Part shown: positions 7,230 through 16,445 of the stretch, piece by piece | Layout: each line of letters starts with the position of its first letter | Position numbering within the stretch: position 1 is the first letter of the stretch | Virus record (IMG/VR): IMGVR_UViG_2778261575_000001 | Source of the DNA: a virus | Lineage: Duplodnaviria; Heunggongvirae; Uroviricota; Caudoviricetes | Reading direction: 5' to 3' (one strand) | Length of the DNA: 35,577 nt | Translations under genes and position numbers: made by a program | Notes under the pieces: model-generated | Told to the model about the DNA's origin: nothing | The model's input: the letters and a program-made list of their open reading frames with translations, nothing else | The model's database searches: none

Positions 7230-8245
7230 CAGGTTCAGAAATGGCGAAAGCCGGTCTGCTGGAACAGAACCGACTTTCAGGTGCAAATCGTAACGCACTC
7301 ATTGCGGAAGGAATTATGGCAAACACTGCTGAGATATTCAATTTTCCAGTGCCGGATGAGGCACAAAAGGAGCGGCGCGTGGCAGATCTCGATGATGGTT
7401 ATACGCGCATTGCAAATGAGTTGCTGGAAGCTGTGATGCTGGCCGGATTAACACAGCACCAGCTTCTGGTCTTCCTGGCTGTCATGCGCAAAACATATGG
7501 CTTTAATAAAAAACTGGATTGGGTGAGCAACGAGCAACTTTCCGAATTGACCGGGATATTGCCGCACAAGTGTTCTGCTGCAAAAAGCGTTCTGGTAAAG
7601 CGTGGGATTCTTATTCAGAGCGGGCGGAATATCGGCATTAATAATGTGGTCAGTGAATGGTCAACATTACCCGAATCAGGTAAGAAAAATAAAGTTTACC
7701 TGAAAGAGGCAAATTTACCTGAATCAGGTAAGAAAAGTTTACCCAAATCAGGTAAAGGCGTTTACCCGAATCAGGTAAACACAAAAGACAAACTAACAAA
7801 AGACAATATAAAACCTTTTTCGTCCGAGAATTCTGGCGAATCCTCTGACCAACCAGAAAACGATCTTCCTGTGGAGAAACCAGATGCTGCAATTCAGAGC
7901 GGCAGCAGGTGGGGGACAGCAGAAGACCTGACCGCCGCAGAGTGGATGTTTGACATGGTGAAGACCATCGCGCCATCAGCCAGAAAACCGAATTTTGCAG
8001 GGTGGGCTAACGATATCCGCCTGATGCGTGAACGTGACGGACGTAACCACCGCGACATGTGCGTGCTGTTCCGCTGGGCATGCCAGGACAACTTCTGGTC
8101 CGGTAACGTGCTAAGTCCGGCCAAACTCCGCGACAAGTGGACCCAACTCGAAATCAACCGTAACAAGCAACAGGCCGGCGTGACAGCCGGAAAATCAAAA
8201 CTCGACCTGACGAACACTGACTGGATTTATGGGGTGGATTTATGA
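7226..8245 (+). CDS. O: replication initiator O
   Basis: 339-aa ORF; N-terminal region (VADLDDGYTRIANELLEA...MRKTYGFNKK...NEQLSELTGI) matches lambda O; contains the iteron array; ATGA overlap with the upstream gene. Confidence 0.9.
   Translation: MTGSEMAKAGLLEQNRLSGANRNALIAEGIMANTAEIFNFPVPDEAQKERRVADLDDGYTRIANELLEAVMLAGLTQHQLLVFLAVMRKTYGFNKKLDWVSNEQLSELTGILPHKCSAAKSVLVKRGILIQSGRNIGINNVVSEWSTLPESGKKNKVYLKEANLPESGKKSLPKSGKGVYPNQVNTKDKLTKDNIKPFSSENSGESSDQPENDLPVEKPDAAIQSGSRWGTAEDLTAAEWMFDMVKTIAPSARKPNFAGWANDIRLMRERDGRNHRDMCVLFRWACQDNFWSGNVLSPAKLRDKWTQLEINRNKQQAGVTAGKSKLDLTNTDWIYGVDL
7667..7779. repeat. ori-lambda-type iterons within O
   Basis: Four ~18-bp repeats TTACC(C/T)(G/A)AATCAGGTAA(G/A) at 7667-7684, 7715-7732, 7739-7756 and 7762-7779, a degenerate copy at ~7696-7709, and an A+T-rich tract at ~7780-7815. 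Confidence 0.75.
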
Positions 8246-8943
8246 AAAACATCGCCGCACAGATGGTTAACTTTGACCGTGAGCAGATGCGCCGGATCGC
8301 CAACAACATGCCGGAACAGTACGACGAAAAGCCGCAGGTACAGCAGGTAGCGCAGATCATCAACGGTGTGTTCAGCCAGTTACTGGCAACTTTCCCGGCG
8401 AGTCTGGCTAACCGGGACCAGAACGAACTGAACGAAATCCGCCGCCAGTGGGTTCTGGCTTTCCGGGAAAACGGGATCACCACAATGGAACAGGTTAACG
8501 CAGGAATGCGCGTAGCCCGTCGGCAGAATCGACCATTCCTGCCATCACCCGGGCAGTTTGTTGCCTGGTGTCGGGAAGAAGCATCCGTTACCGCCGGGCT
8601 GCCAAACGCCAGCGAGCTGGTTGATATGGTTTACGAGTATTGCCGGAAGCGTGGCCTTTATCCGGATGCAGAGTCTTATCCATGGAAATCAAACGCGCAT
8701 TACTGGTTGGTTACCAACCTGTATCAGAACATGCGAGCCAATGCGCTGACTGACGCGGAATTACGGCGCAAGGCTGCCGATGAACTGACCTGTATGACAG
8801 CGCGAATTAACCGTGGTGAGGCTATACCTGAACCAGTAAAACAAATTCCTGTCATGGGCGGTAGACCTCTAAATCGTGCACAGGCTCTGGCGAAGATCGC
8901 AGAAATCAAAGCTAAGTTTGGGCTGAAAGGAGCAAGAGTATGA
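8242..8943 (+). CDS. P: replication protein P (DnaB helicase loader)
   Basis: 233-aa ORF nearly identical to remembered lambda P (MKNIAAQMVNFDREQMRRIANNMPEQYDEKPQ...). Confidence 0.95.
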   Translation: MKNIAAQMVNFDREQMRRIANNMPEQYDEKPQVQQVAQIINGVFSQLLATFPASLANRDQNELNEIRRQWVLAFRENGITTMEQVNAGMRVARRQNRPFLPSPGQFVAWCREEASVTAGLPNASELVDMVYEYCRKRGLYPDAESYPWKSNAHYWLVTNLYQNMRANALTDAELRRKAADELTCMTARINRGEAIPEPVKQIPVMGGRPLNRAQALAKIAEIKAKFGLKGARV

Positions 8944-9242
8944 CGGGCAAAGAGGCAATTATTCATTACCTGGGGACTCATAAGAACTTCTGTGCGCAGG
9001 ACGTTGCCGCGGTAACAGGCGCAACCGTAACCAGCATAAATCAGGCTGCGGCTAAAATGGCGCGGGCAGGAATCCTGGTCGTTGATGGTAAGGTCTGGCG
9101 AACGGTGTATTATCGGTTCGCTACCAGAGAAGAACGGGAAGGAAAGGTGAGCGCGAATTTGATTTTTAAGGAGTGTCGCCAGAGTGCCGCGATGAAACGG
9201 GTATTGAGGGTATATAAAAGAACATCAATGGGTACACAATGA
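8940..9242 (+). CDS. ren: Ren
   Basis: 100-aa ORF matching lambda Ren (MTGKEAIIHYLGTH...VWRTVYYRFATREEREGK...). Confidence 0.85.
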   Translation: MTGKEAIIHYLGTHKNFCAQDVAAVTGATVTSINQAAAKMARAGILVVDGKVWRTVYYRFATREEREGKVSANLIFKECRQSAAMKRVLRVYKRTSMGTQ

Positions 9243-9309
9243 TGAAACAGGTGAGTTGAGTTCAAACTGTAGTACAATTCTCTCCAGTTTGAACAGGAAA
9301 GAATATGCT

Positions 9310-9642
9310 ATGAACCCTTATATTTATCTTGGTGGTGCAATACTTGCAGAGGTCATTGGTACAACCTTAATGAAGTTTTCAGAAGGTTTTACACGGTTAT
9401 GGCCATCTGTTGGTACAATTATTTGTTATTGTGCATCATTCTGGTTATTAGCTCAGACGCTGGCTTATATACCTACAGGGATTGCTTATGCTATCTGGTC
9501 AGGAGTCGGTATTGTCCTGATTAGCTTACTATCATGGGGATTTTTCGGCCAACGGTTGGACCTGCCAGCCATTATAGGCATGATGTTGATTTGTGCCGGT
9601 GTGTTGGTTATTAATTTATTGTCACGAAGCACACCACATTAA
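9310..9642 (+). CDS. emrE: small multidrug resistance efflux transporter EmrE
   Basis: 110 aa from the ATG at 9310 (MNPYIYLGGAILAEVIGTTLMKFSEGFTRLWPSVGTII...) matches E. coli EmrE, a known DLP12 prophage gene; RBS AGGAAAG upstream. Confidence 0.95.
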   Translation: MNPYIYLGGAILAEVIGTTLMKFSEGFTRLWPSVGTIICYCASFWLLAQTLAYIPTGIAYAIWSGVGIVLISLLSWGFFGQRLDLPAIIGMMLICAGVLVINLLSRSTPH

Positions 9643-9897
9643 AAATAATTTATTTTTAAACGACTAAAATATTGAGGTTCGTATATTTGTATGGGCCTCG
9701 TTTTATGCTTTTTGTTAATGTCTTTAGTTTTTATTCATTCTTTTGATCTTTCAAGATTATGGTGTAAGAAAATTGCAATACGATTATTGTTGTATATTCA
9801 AGATAATGTGACCTTAATTGTCTTTTTAAATAAAAATTAAACAAAAATCATATCTCACCACTAAGGTTTATAAAAGCATACTTTAGCAGGTGTCACC

Positions 9898-11424
9898 ATG
9901 AAAAAAGCCATAGCATATATGCGATTTTCATCACCAGGTCAGATGTCTGGTGATTCATTAAACCGCCAGAGAAGGCTTATTACTGAATGGCTAAAGGTAA
10001 ATAGTGATTATTACCTTGATACCGTAACGTATGAAGATTTGGGGTTAAGCGCATTCAATGGAAAGCATGCACAATCAGGAGCTTTTTCGGAATTTTTAGA
10101 TGCTATAGAACATGGTTACATATTGCCAGGGACTACATTGTTAGTTGAAAGTCTGGACAGACTTTCAAGAGAAAAAGTCGGTGAAGCGATTGAGCGTCTG
10201 AAATTGATTTTGAATCACGGTATTGATGTTATAACTCTTTGCGATAATACAGTCTATAATATAGACTCATTGAATGAGCCATATTCATTAATAAAAGCCA
10301 TACTTATAGCACAAAGGGCAAATGAAGAAAGCGAGATAAAGTCAAGTCGGGTTAAATTATCATGGAAGAAAAAACGGCAGGATGCACTGGAATCAGGCAC
10401 GATTATGACGGCGTCTTGTCCGAGATGGCTCTCATTGGATGACAAAAGAACAGCTTTTATTCCACACCCCGACAGGGTGAAAACGATTGAGCTAATTTTT
10501 AAACTCAGGATGGAAAGGCGATCATTGAATGCAATAGCTAAGTATTTAAATGATCATGCTGTAAAAAATTTTTCAGGAAAAGAAAGTGCATGGGGGCCTT
10601 CTGTAATTGAAAAATTATTAGCGAATAAAGCTCTGATAGGTATATGCGTACCTTCATATCGTGCAAGAGGGAAAGGGATAAGTGAAATCGCTGGCTATTA
10701 TCCCAGAGTCATATCAGATGATTTGTTTTACGCTGTACAGGAAATTCGGTTGGCACCTTTTGGTATTAGCAATAGTAGCAAGAATCCTATGCTAATAAAT
10801 CTACTTCGAACAGTTATGAAGTGTGAGGCTTGTGGTAATACCATGATTGTTCATGCGGTATCTGGACGTTTGCATGGCTATTATGTTTGTCCGATGAGAA
10901 GATTACATCGATGTGACAGGCCATCAATAAAAAGAGATTTGGTTGATTATAATATCATTAATGAATTGCTTTTTAATTGTAGCAAAATTCAACCAGTTGA
11001 AAACAAGAAAGATGCTAATGAAACTTTAGAGTTAAAAATTATTGAGCTTCAGATGAAAATTAATAATTTAATCGTTGCATTGTCTGTCGCGCCTGAAGTT
11101 ACCGCTATAGCAGAGAAAATAAGACTATTAGATAAGGAATTACGAAGGGCTTCGGTATCATTAAAAACTTTGAAGAGTAAAGGGGTGAGTTCACTTGGTG
11201 ATTTTCATGCTATTGATTTAACCAGTAAAAATGGGCGAGAGCTATGTCGTACACTTGCCTATAAAATATTCGAAAAAATTATAATTAATACAGATAATAA
11301 AACCTGTGATATCTATTTTATGAATGGCATTGTTTTTAAACACTATCCTTTAATGAAAGTAATATCCGCCCAGCAGGCGATAAGTACTCTTAAATATATG
11401 GTTGATGGTGAGATTTATTTTTGA
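9898..11424 (+). CDS. ybcK: large serine recombinase (YbcK-like)
   Basis: 508-aa ORF with a resolvase-type N-terminal catalytic domain (AIAYMRFSSPGQ...SLNRQ); size and neighbourhood (after emrE) match DLP12 ybcK; A+T-rich. Confidence 0.8.
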   Translation: MKKAIAYMRFSSPGQMSGDSLNRQRRLITEWLKVNSDYYLDTVTYEDLGLSAFNGKHAQSGAFSEFLDAIEHGYILPGTTLLVESLDRLSREKVGEAIERLKLILNHGIDVITLCDNTVYNIDSLNEPYSLIKAILIAQRANEESEIKSSRVKLSWKKKRQDALESGTIMTASCPRWLSLDDKRTAFIPHPDRVKTIELIFKLRMERRSLNAIAKYLNDHAVKNFSGKESAWGPSVIEKLLANKALIGICVPSYRARGKGISEIAGYYPRVISDDLFYAVQEIRLAPFGISNSSKNPMLINLLRTVMKCEACGNTMIVHAVSGRLHGYYVCPMRRLHRCDRPSIKRDLVDYNIINELLFNCSKIQPVENKKDANETLELKIIELQMKINNLIVALSVAPEVTAIAEKIRLLDKELRRASVSLKTLKSKGVSSLGDFHAIDLTSKNGRELCRTLAYKIFEKIIINTDNKTCDIYFMNGIVFKHYPLMKVISAQQAISTLKYMVDGEIYF

Positions 11425-11748
11425 GTAATAATCACTTTTTCAACCGTGCTATGGTATGAAAGTAAAGTAACTAATATGATATTAACTATCTTGAACGAAG
11501 CGCCCTGAGCTATAGTTTTACTATAGGCACTGTCACTGGATGTTGGCATTCTTGCTCTAGTAGCTCAACAATACCCAATCACAAAACAATTCACTGATAA
11601 CAAACTTTGTGCACGTGCTTGGTTATGGCGAACAGGTGATGTTAACCTCTTGCCAGAATGCCACTCCACTTCATTAAGTATCTGAGCACCGAGAGGCTGG
11701 TCACGCCCCCATTAAAAATAATTTCTTTTGAATCGAGTGAAATAGGTT

Positions 11749-11775
11749 AGCCCGCATAAGTGCGGGCTGCTTTTT
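11749..11775. terminator. hairpin terminator between the ybcK block and the esterase gene, possibly bidirectional
   Basis: Stem AGCCCGCA(11749-11756)/TGCGGGCT(11761-11768), loop TAAG, then TTTTT (11771-11775) on the plus strand; overlaps the stop of the minus-strand esterase gene. Confidence 0.5.
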
Positions 11776-12817
11776 ACAGGTCAGCGTTTGTTTTTTGTTG
11801 TTGGGTAGCGGTTTTTATGGGGGTTCCCAGGTTTTTAGTAAACCACTCAACAACTCTGTTTATAATAATTGGCTGATACCATGTATTATCGCCATGCTCG
11901 GCCCCTTCTACCAGCACGTACTCAGCGTTATCACCGTTCTTCTTCAACATCCTGAATAGTTTGGCGCTTTGCTCAGGTGAAACCAGAGTGTCTTTGCTAC
12001 CATGCATAATAAGAAATGGGGGTTTTACTCCTTTCATATGTCCGATTGGACTGGCGTTTAGCGCTTTTTCTTTTGACGCTGTGATGGGGGCTCCCGCAAA
12101 ATTTCTGAATGCAGGGCCATTGATCATTAAGGCTTCGGTTACGGCAGGAGAGCGATGAACCTCCTGCACTGATTCAGGGAACCCCTCGCCAATATTCAAC
12201 AAGTCAGAAATCCCATAAAGTGTGGCAACTGCCTGAACATCTGAGGATTGCTGAAGAAAGTCACCTTTATCAAAGGTTTTGTCACCATTTGTAGTTCCCA
12301 TCATCTGGGCAAGCCATCCACCGGCAGAGTCACCCAGAACTCCGATTCTTTGAGGATCAATCCCATAATTGCTGGCATGCTCTCTCAGGTAACGTATTGC
12401 AGCTTTTCCATCCTCAACTGGTGCTGGAAATGTATCAGGAATTGTTCTGTATTCTACAGCGGCCACAACAAAACCAGCTTCTGCCAGAGCCATTCTCATT
12501 TCAATAAATTTGTCATGTTCAGAAGACATGAATCCGCCGCCGGGATAATAAATAATGGCTGGTTTTAAATCATTTGTTCGCGGGACAAGAACTGACATGT
12601 GAAGCTGTCTGACAGAACGAGTTCCTTTTATCTGGGAATAAACAACATCACCAATGAGATCGACCTGGTTTCTGGTCGGTGAAACACTAATGATATCTGC
12701 ACCCGGGGTGTAACCAGGAAGATTAGTCTGGACAGGTGTTGCACAACTCCCGACCGACATGGCCATTGACATACCATACAATAGTGTTGCAGATGATAAT
12801 ATCTTGTTAATTTTCAT
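11774..12817 (-). CDS. secreted or lipoprotein alpha/beta-hydrolase (family IV esterase/lipase-like)
   Basis: 347-aa ORF with an N-terminal signal peptide and possible lipobox (MSVGSC), an HGGG-type oxyanion motif (YYPGGGF), a GDSAGG nucleophile elbow and a C-terminal His (GAEHGD). Confidence 0.7.
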   Translation of the reverse strand: MKINKILSSATLLYGMSMAMSVGSCATPVQTNLPGYTPGADIISVSPTRNQVDLIGDVVYSQIKGTRSVRQLHMSVLVPRTNDLKPAIIYYPGGGFMSSEHDKFIEMRMALAEAGFVVAAVEYRTIPDTFPAPVEDGKAAIRYLREHASNYGIDPQRIGVLGDSAGGWLAQMMGTTNGDKTFDKGDFLQQSSDVQAVATLYGISDLLNIGEGFPESVQEVHRSPAVTEALMINGPAFRNFAGAPITASKEKALNASPIGHMKGVKPPFLIMHGSKDTLVSPEQSAKLFRMLKKNGDNAEYVLVEGAEHGDNTWYQPIIINRVVEWFTKNLGTPIKTATQQQKTNADL

Positions 12818-13205
12818 GTTTTACATGCCTTGACTTATCGGATGAAATTCTCTTACTGAATTTAACGGCAGTTTAATAGCCGTACAACTCGTGGTAGCCA
12901 GGGAAATATCCCAGTCGTGGTTAAGGTTGTACTTGACGGCTATTATTTCAACAATGCTTAAAGTGAGAGCTTAAGGTTATGCGTATGTTTTACAGTCCGA
13001 GTAGATTCTGACCAATAGCTTCTTTGTATAATTCTGTCAGAAATAAATCTTGGCTTGCATGAAGTTTGAGACCTTATCTTGTTTGATTATGAATAATCAA
13101 TTCGCCATAATTGTATCACCGGAGCCTGAACAACTCCGGTGACTTCTGCGCTAAACGGGGACGTTTATGCGCACACACAATCCAAACTCTCTTCTCCCTT
13201 CACAG

Positions 13206-13232
13206 ATGCAGAAATGCACCTGCGTTTTTTTG
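13206..13232 (+). terminator. weak tR2-like terminator upstream of the nin region
   Basis: Short stem GCAG/CTGC followed by TTTTTTT (13224-13230); the stem is weak. Confidence 0.25.
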
Positions 13233-13264
13233 CATCCAGCGTCTGACCTCTGTGGAGGTGAAGC

Positions 13265-13720
13265 GTGAACCTACCACAAGATGGCATCAAACTGCATCGC
13301 GGTAACTTCATCGCTATCGGCCAGCAGATCCAGCCTTATCTGGAGAACGGAAAATGCTTTCGCATGGTGCTTAAACCGTGGCGTGAGAAACGCAGTCTTT
13401 CCCAGAATGCACTCAGCCACATGTGGTACAGCGAAATCAGTGAATACCTCATCAGCAGGGGGAAATCGTTCGCTACCGCAGCATGGGTAAAAGATGCTCT
13501 CAAACACACATACCTCGGTTATGAAACCAAGGACCTGGTTGATGTCGTAACCGGCGAAATCACTACTATCCAGTCGTTACGCCATACCTCCGATCTCGAT
13601 ACCGGAGAGATGTATGTCTTCCTGTGTAAGGTTGAAGCCTGGGCGGTGAATATTGGCTGCCACCTGACTATTCCGCAGAGCTGCGAGTTCCAGCTGCTGC
13701 GCGACAAGCAGGAGGCGTAA
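13265..13720 (+). CDS. ninB: NinB-family protein (YbcN-like)
   Basis: 151-aa ORF with GTG start after a GGAGG SD; matches the remembered DLP12 YbcN sequence ([15 protein letters not shown]...). Confidence 0.75.
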   Translation: MNLPQDGIKLHRGNFIAIGQQIQPYLENGKCFRMVLKPWREKRSLSQNALSHMWYSEISEYLISRGKSFATAAWVKDALKHTYLGYETKDLVDVVTGEITTIQSLRHTSDLDTGEMYVFLCKVEAWAVNIGCHLTIPQSCEFQLLRDKQEA

Positions 13721-13890
13721 TGGCTACACCGCTTATTCGTGTCATGAACGGACACATCTACAGAGTACCAAATCGTCGTAAGCGTAAGCCTGAGCTGAAA
13801 CCATCCGAAATACCAACACTGCTCGGATATACCGCCAGCCTGGTTGATAAAAAATGGTTGCGACTGGCAGCAAGGAGGAATCATGGCTGA
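13720..13890 (+). CDS. ninE: NinE
   Basis: 56-aa ORF below the track's size cutoff, translated by hand: [56 protein letters not shown]; TAATG overlap with ninB. Confidence 0.7.
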   Translation: MATPLIRVMNGHIYRVPNRRKRKPELKPSEIPTLLGYTASLVDKKWLRLAARRNHG

Positions 13891-14173
13891 CTTGAGAAAA
13901 GCAGCGCGTGGTCGGGAATGCCAGGTAAGAATCCCTGGCGTATGTAATGGCAATCCTGAAACGTCAGTACTGGCACATATCCGGCTGGCTGGATTGTGCG
14001 GTACCGGTATCAAACCGCCAGACCTGATTGCCACCATTGCATGTTCTGCCTGCCACGACGAAATCGACCGTCGCACGCATTTTGTTGACGCTGGATATGC
14101 AAAAGAATGTGCGCTGGAAGGTATGGCGAGAACACAGGTTATCTGGCTGAAAGAGGGGGTAATTAAGGCGTGA
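13883..14173 (+). CDS. ybcO: YbcO-like protein (DUF1364, Cys-rich)
   Basis: 96 aa from the ATG at 13883 ([24 protein letters not shown]...), overlapping the ninE end; DLP12 ybcO position and size. Confidence 0.7.
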   Translation: MADLRKAARGRECQVRIPGVCNGNPETSVLAHIRLAGLCGTGIKPPDLIATIACSACHDEIDRRTHFVDAGYAKECALEGMARTQVIWLKEGVIKA

Positions 14174-14532
14174 ATACTTACTGCATCACACTACCCTGGC
14201 CGCCGAGCAATAATCGCTATTACCGCCATAATCGCGGACGCACGCATATCAGCGCAGAGGGGCAGGCATACCGCGATAATGTCGCCCGAATCATTAAAAA
14301 CGCAATGCTGGATATCGGCCTGGCTATTCCTGTGAAAATCAGCATTGAGTGCCACATGCCGGATCGCCGTCGCCGTGACCTTGATAATCTGCAAAAGGCC
14401 GCTTTTGACGCACTCACCAAAGCAGGTTTCTGGCTGGATGATGCTCAGGTCGTTGATTACCGCGTTGTGAAGATGCCCGTTACCAAAGGTGGGAAGCTGG
14501 AGCTGACTATCACTGAACTGGGAGATGAATGA
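14170..14532 (+). CDS. rusA: Holliday-junction resolvase RusA
   Basis: 120-aa ORF matching E. coli RusA ([36 protein letters not shown]...). Confidence 0.95.
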   Translation: MNTYCITLPWPPSNNRYYRHNRGRTHISAEGQAYRDNVARIIKNAMLDIGLAIPVKISIECHMPDRRRRDLDNLQKAAFDALTKAGFWLDDAQVVDYRVVKMPVTKGGKLELTITELGDE

Positions 14533-14669
14533 TGTTTGAGTCTTATATGGCAGAGCGTCTTCGCCGCCGCTGGGTGCGCCTGCGCTTATATCGTTTTCCT
14601 GGTTCTGTTTTGACCGATTACCGGATACTGAAGAATTACGCCAAAACACTGAAAGGAGCTGCCGCATGA
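14529..14669 (+). CDS. ylcG: YlcG-like small protein
   Basis: 46-aa ORF translated by hand ([46 protein letters not shown]), overlapping the rusA stop and the next gene's ATG. Confidence 0.45.
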   Translation: MMFESYMAERLRRRWVRLRLYRFPGSVLTDYRILKNYAKTLKGAAA

Positions 14670-15355
14670 ATACCCAATATTTACAGTATGTCCGCGAGCA
14701 ACTCATTGTGGCTACCGCTGATTTGAGCGGAGCAACGAAAGGACAGCTTGAAGCCTGGCTGGAGCATGCACAATTTGATACTGGTACATACAAACGAAAG
14801 AAGCCGCGCATTCTGGATGAGGTAACTGGCAGGATGATTACGCTGGATAATCCGCCGATTTCCGGTAAGCAGTCGTACGCAAAAGGTTCATCCATTGCAC
14901 TGGTCAGCCAGGTTGAGTTCTCAACCTCGTCATGGCGCCGCGCGGTTCTGTCTCTCGAAGAACATCAGAAAGCGTGGTTGCTGTGGAGTTACAGCGAAAG
15001 TGTTCGCTGGGAACATCAGGTCACCATAACGCAGTGGGCATGGAGCGAGTTTAAGACTCTGTTGGGTACCAGGAAAATTGCAGGTAAAACACTGGAACGT
15101 TTGAAGAAGTTGATCTGGCTGGCGGCACAGGATGTGAAGAACGAGCTGGCAGGGCGTAAGACCTATGAATACCAGGAGCTGGCATCACTGGTGGGAGTGA
15201 CATCAAAAAACTGGTCTGAGACATTTACTGAACGCTGGGTTGCAATGAAGCACATTTTTCTACAGCTTGATAGCCAAGCTTTATTGCTTTTAACGAAAAC
15301 ACGTTCAAAACAAAAGACCATATTTTCACAGCAAGATATTGCAAAACTGGATTAA
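14666..15355 (+). CDS. putative late-gene regulator (Q-position protein)
   Basis: 229-aa ORF immediately upstream of a terminator-containing leader and the lysis cassette; assigned by position only. Confidence 0.45.
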   Translation: MNTQYLQYVREQLIVATADLSGATKGQLEAWLEHAQFDTGTYKRKKPRILDEVTGRMITLDNPPISGKQSYAKGSSIALVSQVEFSTSSWRRAVLSLEEHQKAWLLWSYSESVRWEHQVTITQWAWSEFKTLLGTRKIAGKTLERLKKLIWLAAQDVKNELAGRKTYEYQELASLVGVTSKNWSETFTERWVAMKHIFLQLDSQALLLLTKTRSKQKTIFSQQDIAKLD

Positions 15356-15422
15356 AAATCATATATTTTATGTAAATCTGATATTTTGCCAATGTTGTAC
15401 GCACTGGCAGTAATCCAAATTC

Positions 15423-15459
15423 AAGCCCGAGGTTTAAAGCCTTGGGCTTTTCTGTTTCT
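15423..15459 (+). terminator. intrinsic terminator in the late leader (tR'-like)
   Basis: Stem AAGCCCGAGG(15423-15432)/CCTTGGGCTT(15440-15449) with one G-U pair, followed by TTCTGTTTCT. Confidence 0.6.
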
Positions 15460-15536
15460 GAACGGTGAGTAGCCTTCCAACCTACCCCAGCCAGGGTGTC
15501 TTCAGCTGTTGAGTTGATATTGCTTAACCCTCTGTT

Positions 15537-15562
15537 GCCAGCTACATGCTGGCTTTTTTATT
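15537..15562 (+). terminator. second intrinsic terminator in the late leader
   Basis: Stem GCCAGC(15537-15542)/GCTGGC(15548-15553), loop TACAT, then TTTTTT (15554-15559). Confidence 0.6.
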
Positions 15563-15676
15563 CCAGGCTTGCGGGGAGCATCAACTCCGTGCTTTGTCGT
15601 TAAATTACCCCGTGAGCCTGATTTCTGACATTTAACGTCCCGGCCTTTTGTCGGCGGCGAAACATTGGCTATTCAT

Positions 15677-15982
15677 ATGCACGAAAAAGAGAGCCTTGCC
15701 GGAGCGTTCTGGCTCGTTTTGCTGATCATCGCAGGTTGGGGCGGTCTGGTCCGCTACCTGATAGATGTGAAGCAGAGTAAAGCAACGTGGAGTTGGATAA
15801 ATGCTCTGGCTCAAATAGTGGTATCAGGATTCACCGGTGTTATTGGTGGCCTGATCAGCATCGAAAGTGGATTCAGTATTTACATGATTCTCGCGACAGC
15901 GGGGATTAGTGGTGCGATGGGTTCGGTTGCACTGACGTACTTCTGGGAACGACTGACAGGGGTGAAAAATGCAAAATCTTAA
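15677..15982 (+). CDS. putative holin (three predicted TM segments)
   Basis: First gene of the lysis cassette; three hydrophobic segments; the track ORF starts at TTG 15665 (MAIHMHEKE), first ATG at 15677; end overlaps the endolysin start. Confidence 0.6.
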   Translation: MHEKESLAGAFWLVLLIIAGWGGLVRYLIDVKQSKATWSWINALAQIVVSGFTGVIGGLISIESGFSIYMILATAGISGAMGSVALTYFWERLTGVKNAKS

Positions 15983-16445
15983 TCCTCAGCGTAAAGCTTT
16001 CCTCGATATGTTGGCGTGGTCAGAAGGAACGGATAACGGACGGCAGCCAACCCGCAATCACGGCTACGACGTCATTGTTGGCGGAGAGCTATTCACTGAT
16101 TACTCCGATCACCCTCGCAAACTTGTCACGCTAAACCCCAAACTCAAATCAACAGCAGCCGGACGTTACCAGCTTCTTTCCCGTTGGTGGGATGCTTACC
16201 GTAAGCAGCTTGGCCTGAAAGACTTCTCTCCCAAAAGTCAGGACGCTGTGGCACTGCAACAGATTAAAGAGCGTGGCGCTTTACCGATGATTGACCGCGG
16301 TGATATTCGTCAGGCAATCGACCGTTGCAGCAATATCTGGGCTTCACTGCCGGGCGCTGGTTATGGCCAGTTCGAGCATAATGCTGACAGCCTGATTGCA
16401 AAATTCAAAGAAGCAGGCGGAACGGTCAGAGAGATTGAGGTATGA
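15969..16445 (+). CDS. R: endolysin, lambda R-type lytic transglycosylase
   Basis: 158-aa ORF nearly identical to lambda R (..[47 protein letters not shown]...). Confidence 0.95.
   Translation: MQNLNPQRKAFLDMLAWSEGTDNGRQPTRNHGYDVIVGGELFTDYSDHPRKLVTLNPKLKSTAAGRYQLLSRWWDAYRKQLGLKDFSPKSQDAVALQQIKERGALPMIDRGDIRQAIDRCSNIWASLPGAGYGQFEHNADSLIAKFKEAGGTVREIEV

Noticed and set aside
7667-7779. Tandem ~18-bp repeats that could look like a short CRISPR array
   Set aside because: Only four copies with irregular short spacers, all inside the O coding frame; this is the lambda-type ori iteron arrangement.
7650-8217. Minus-strand ORFs of 108 and 107 aa inside the O gene
   Set aside because: Antisense to a confidently identified gene (O) and overlapping the iteron repeats; shadow ORFs.
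9898-11424. ybcK as an IS transposase or the prophage integrase
   Set aside because: The protein is a large serine recombinase (resolvase-type catalytic domain), not a DDE transposase or tyrosine integrase; no terminal inverted repeats seen; the prophage int/att lie outside the window.
13111-13305. 64-aa plus-strand ORF in the intergenic region upstream of ninB
   Set aside because: No RBS, odd composition, overlaps the ninB start region; likely spurious.
13519-14895. Minus-strand ORFs of 185 and 234 aa across ninB/ninE/ybcO/rusA/Q
   Set aside because: Antisense to a tightly packed, overlapping set of recognised nin-region genes; no RBS or family support.
15356-15664. tRNA genes or a toxin gene in the Q-to-lysis leader, as in Stx-type phages
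   Set aside because: The leader is only ~300 bp and is accounted for by two terminator hairpins; no cloverleaf-like tRNA structure noticed.
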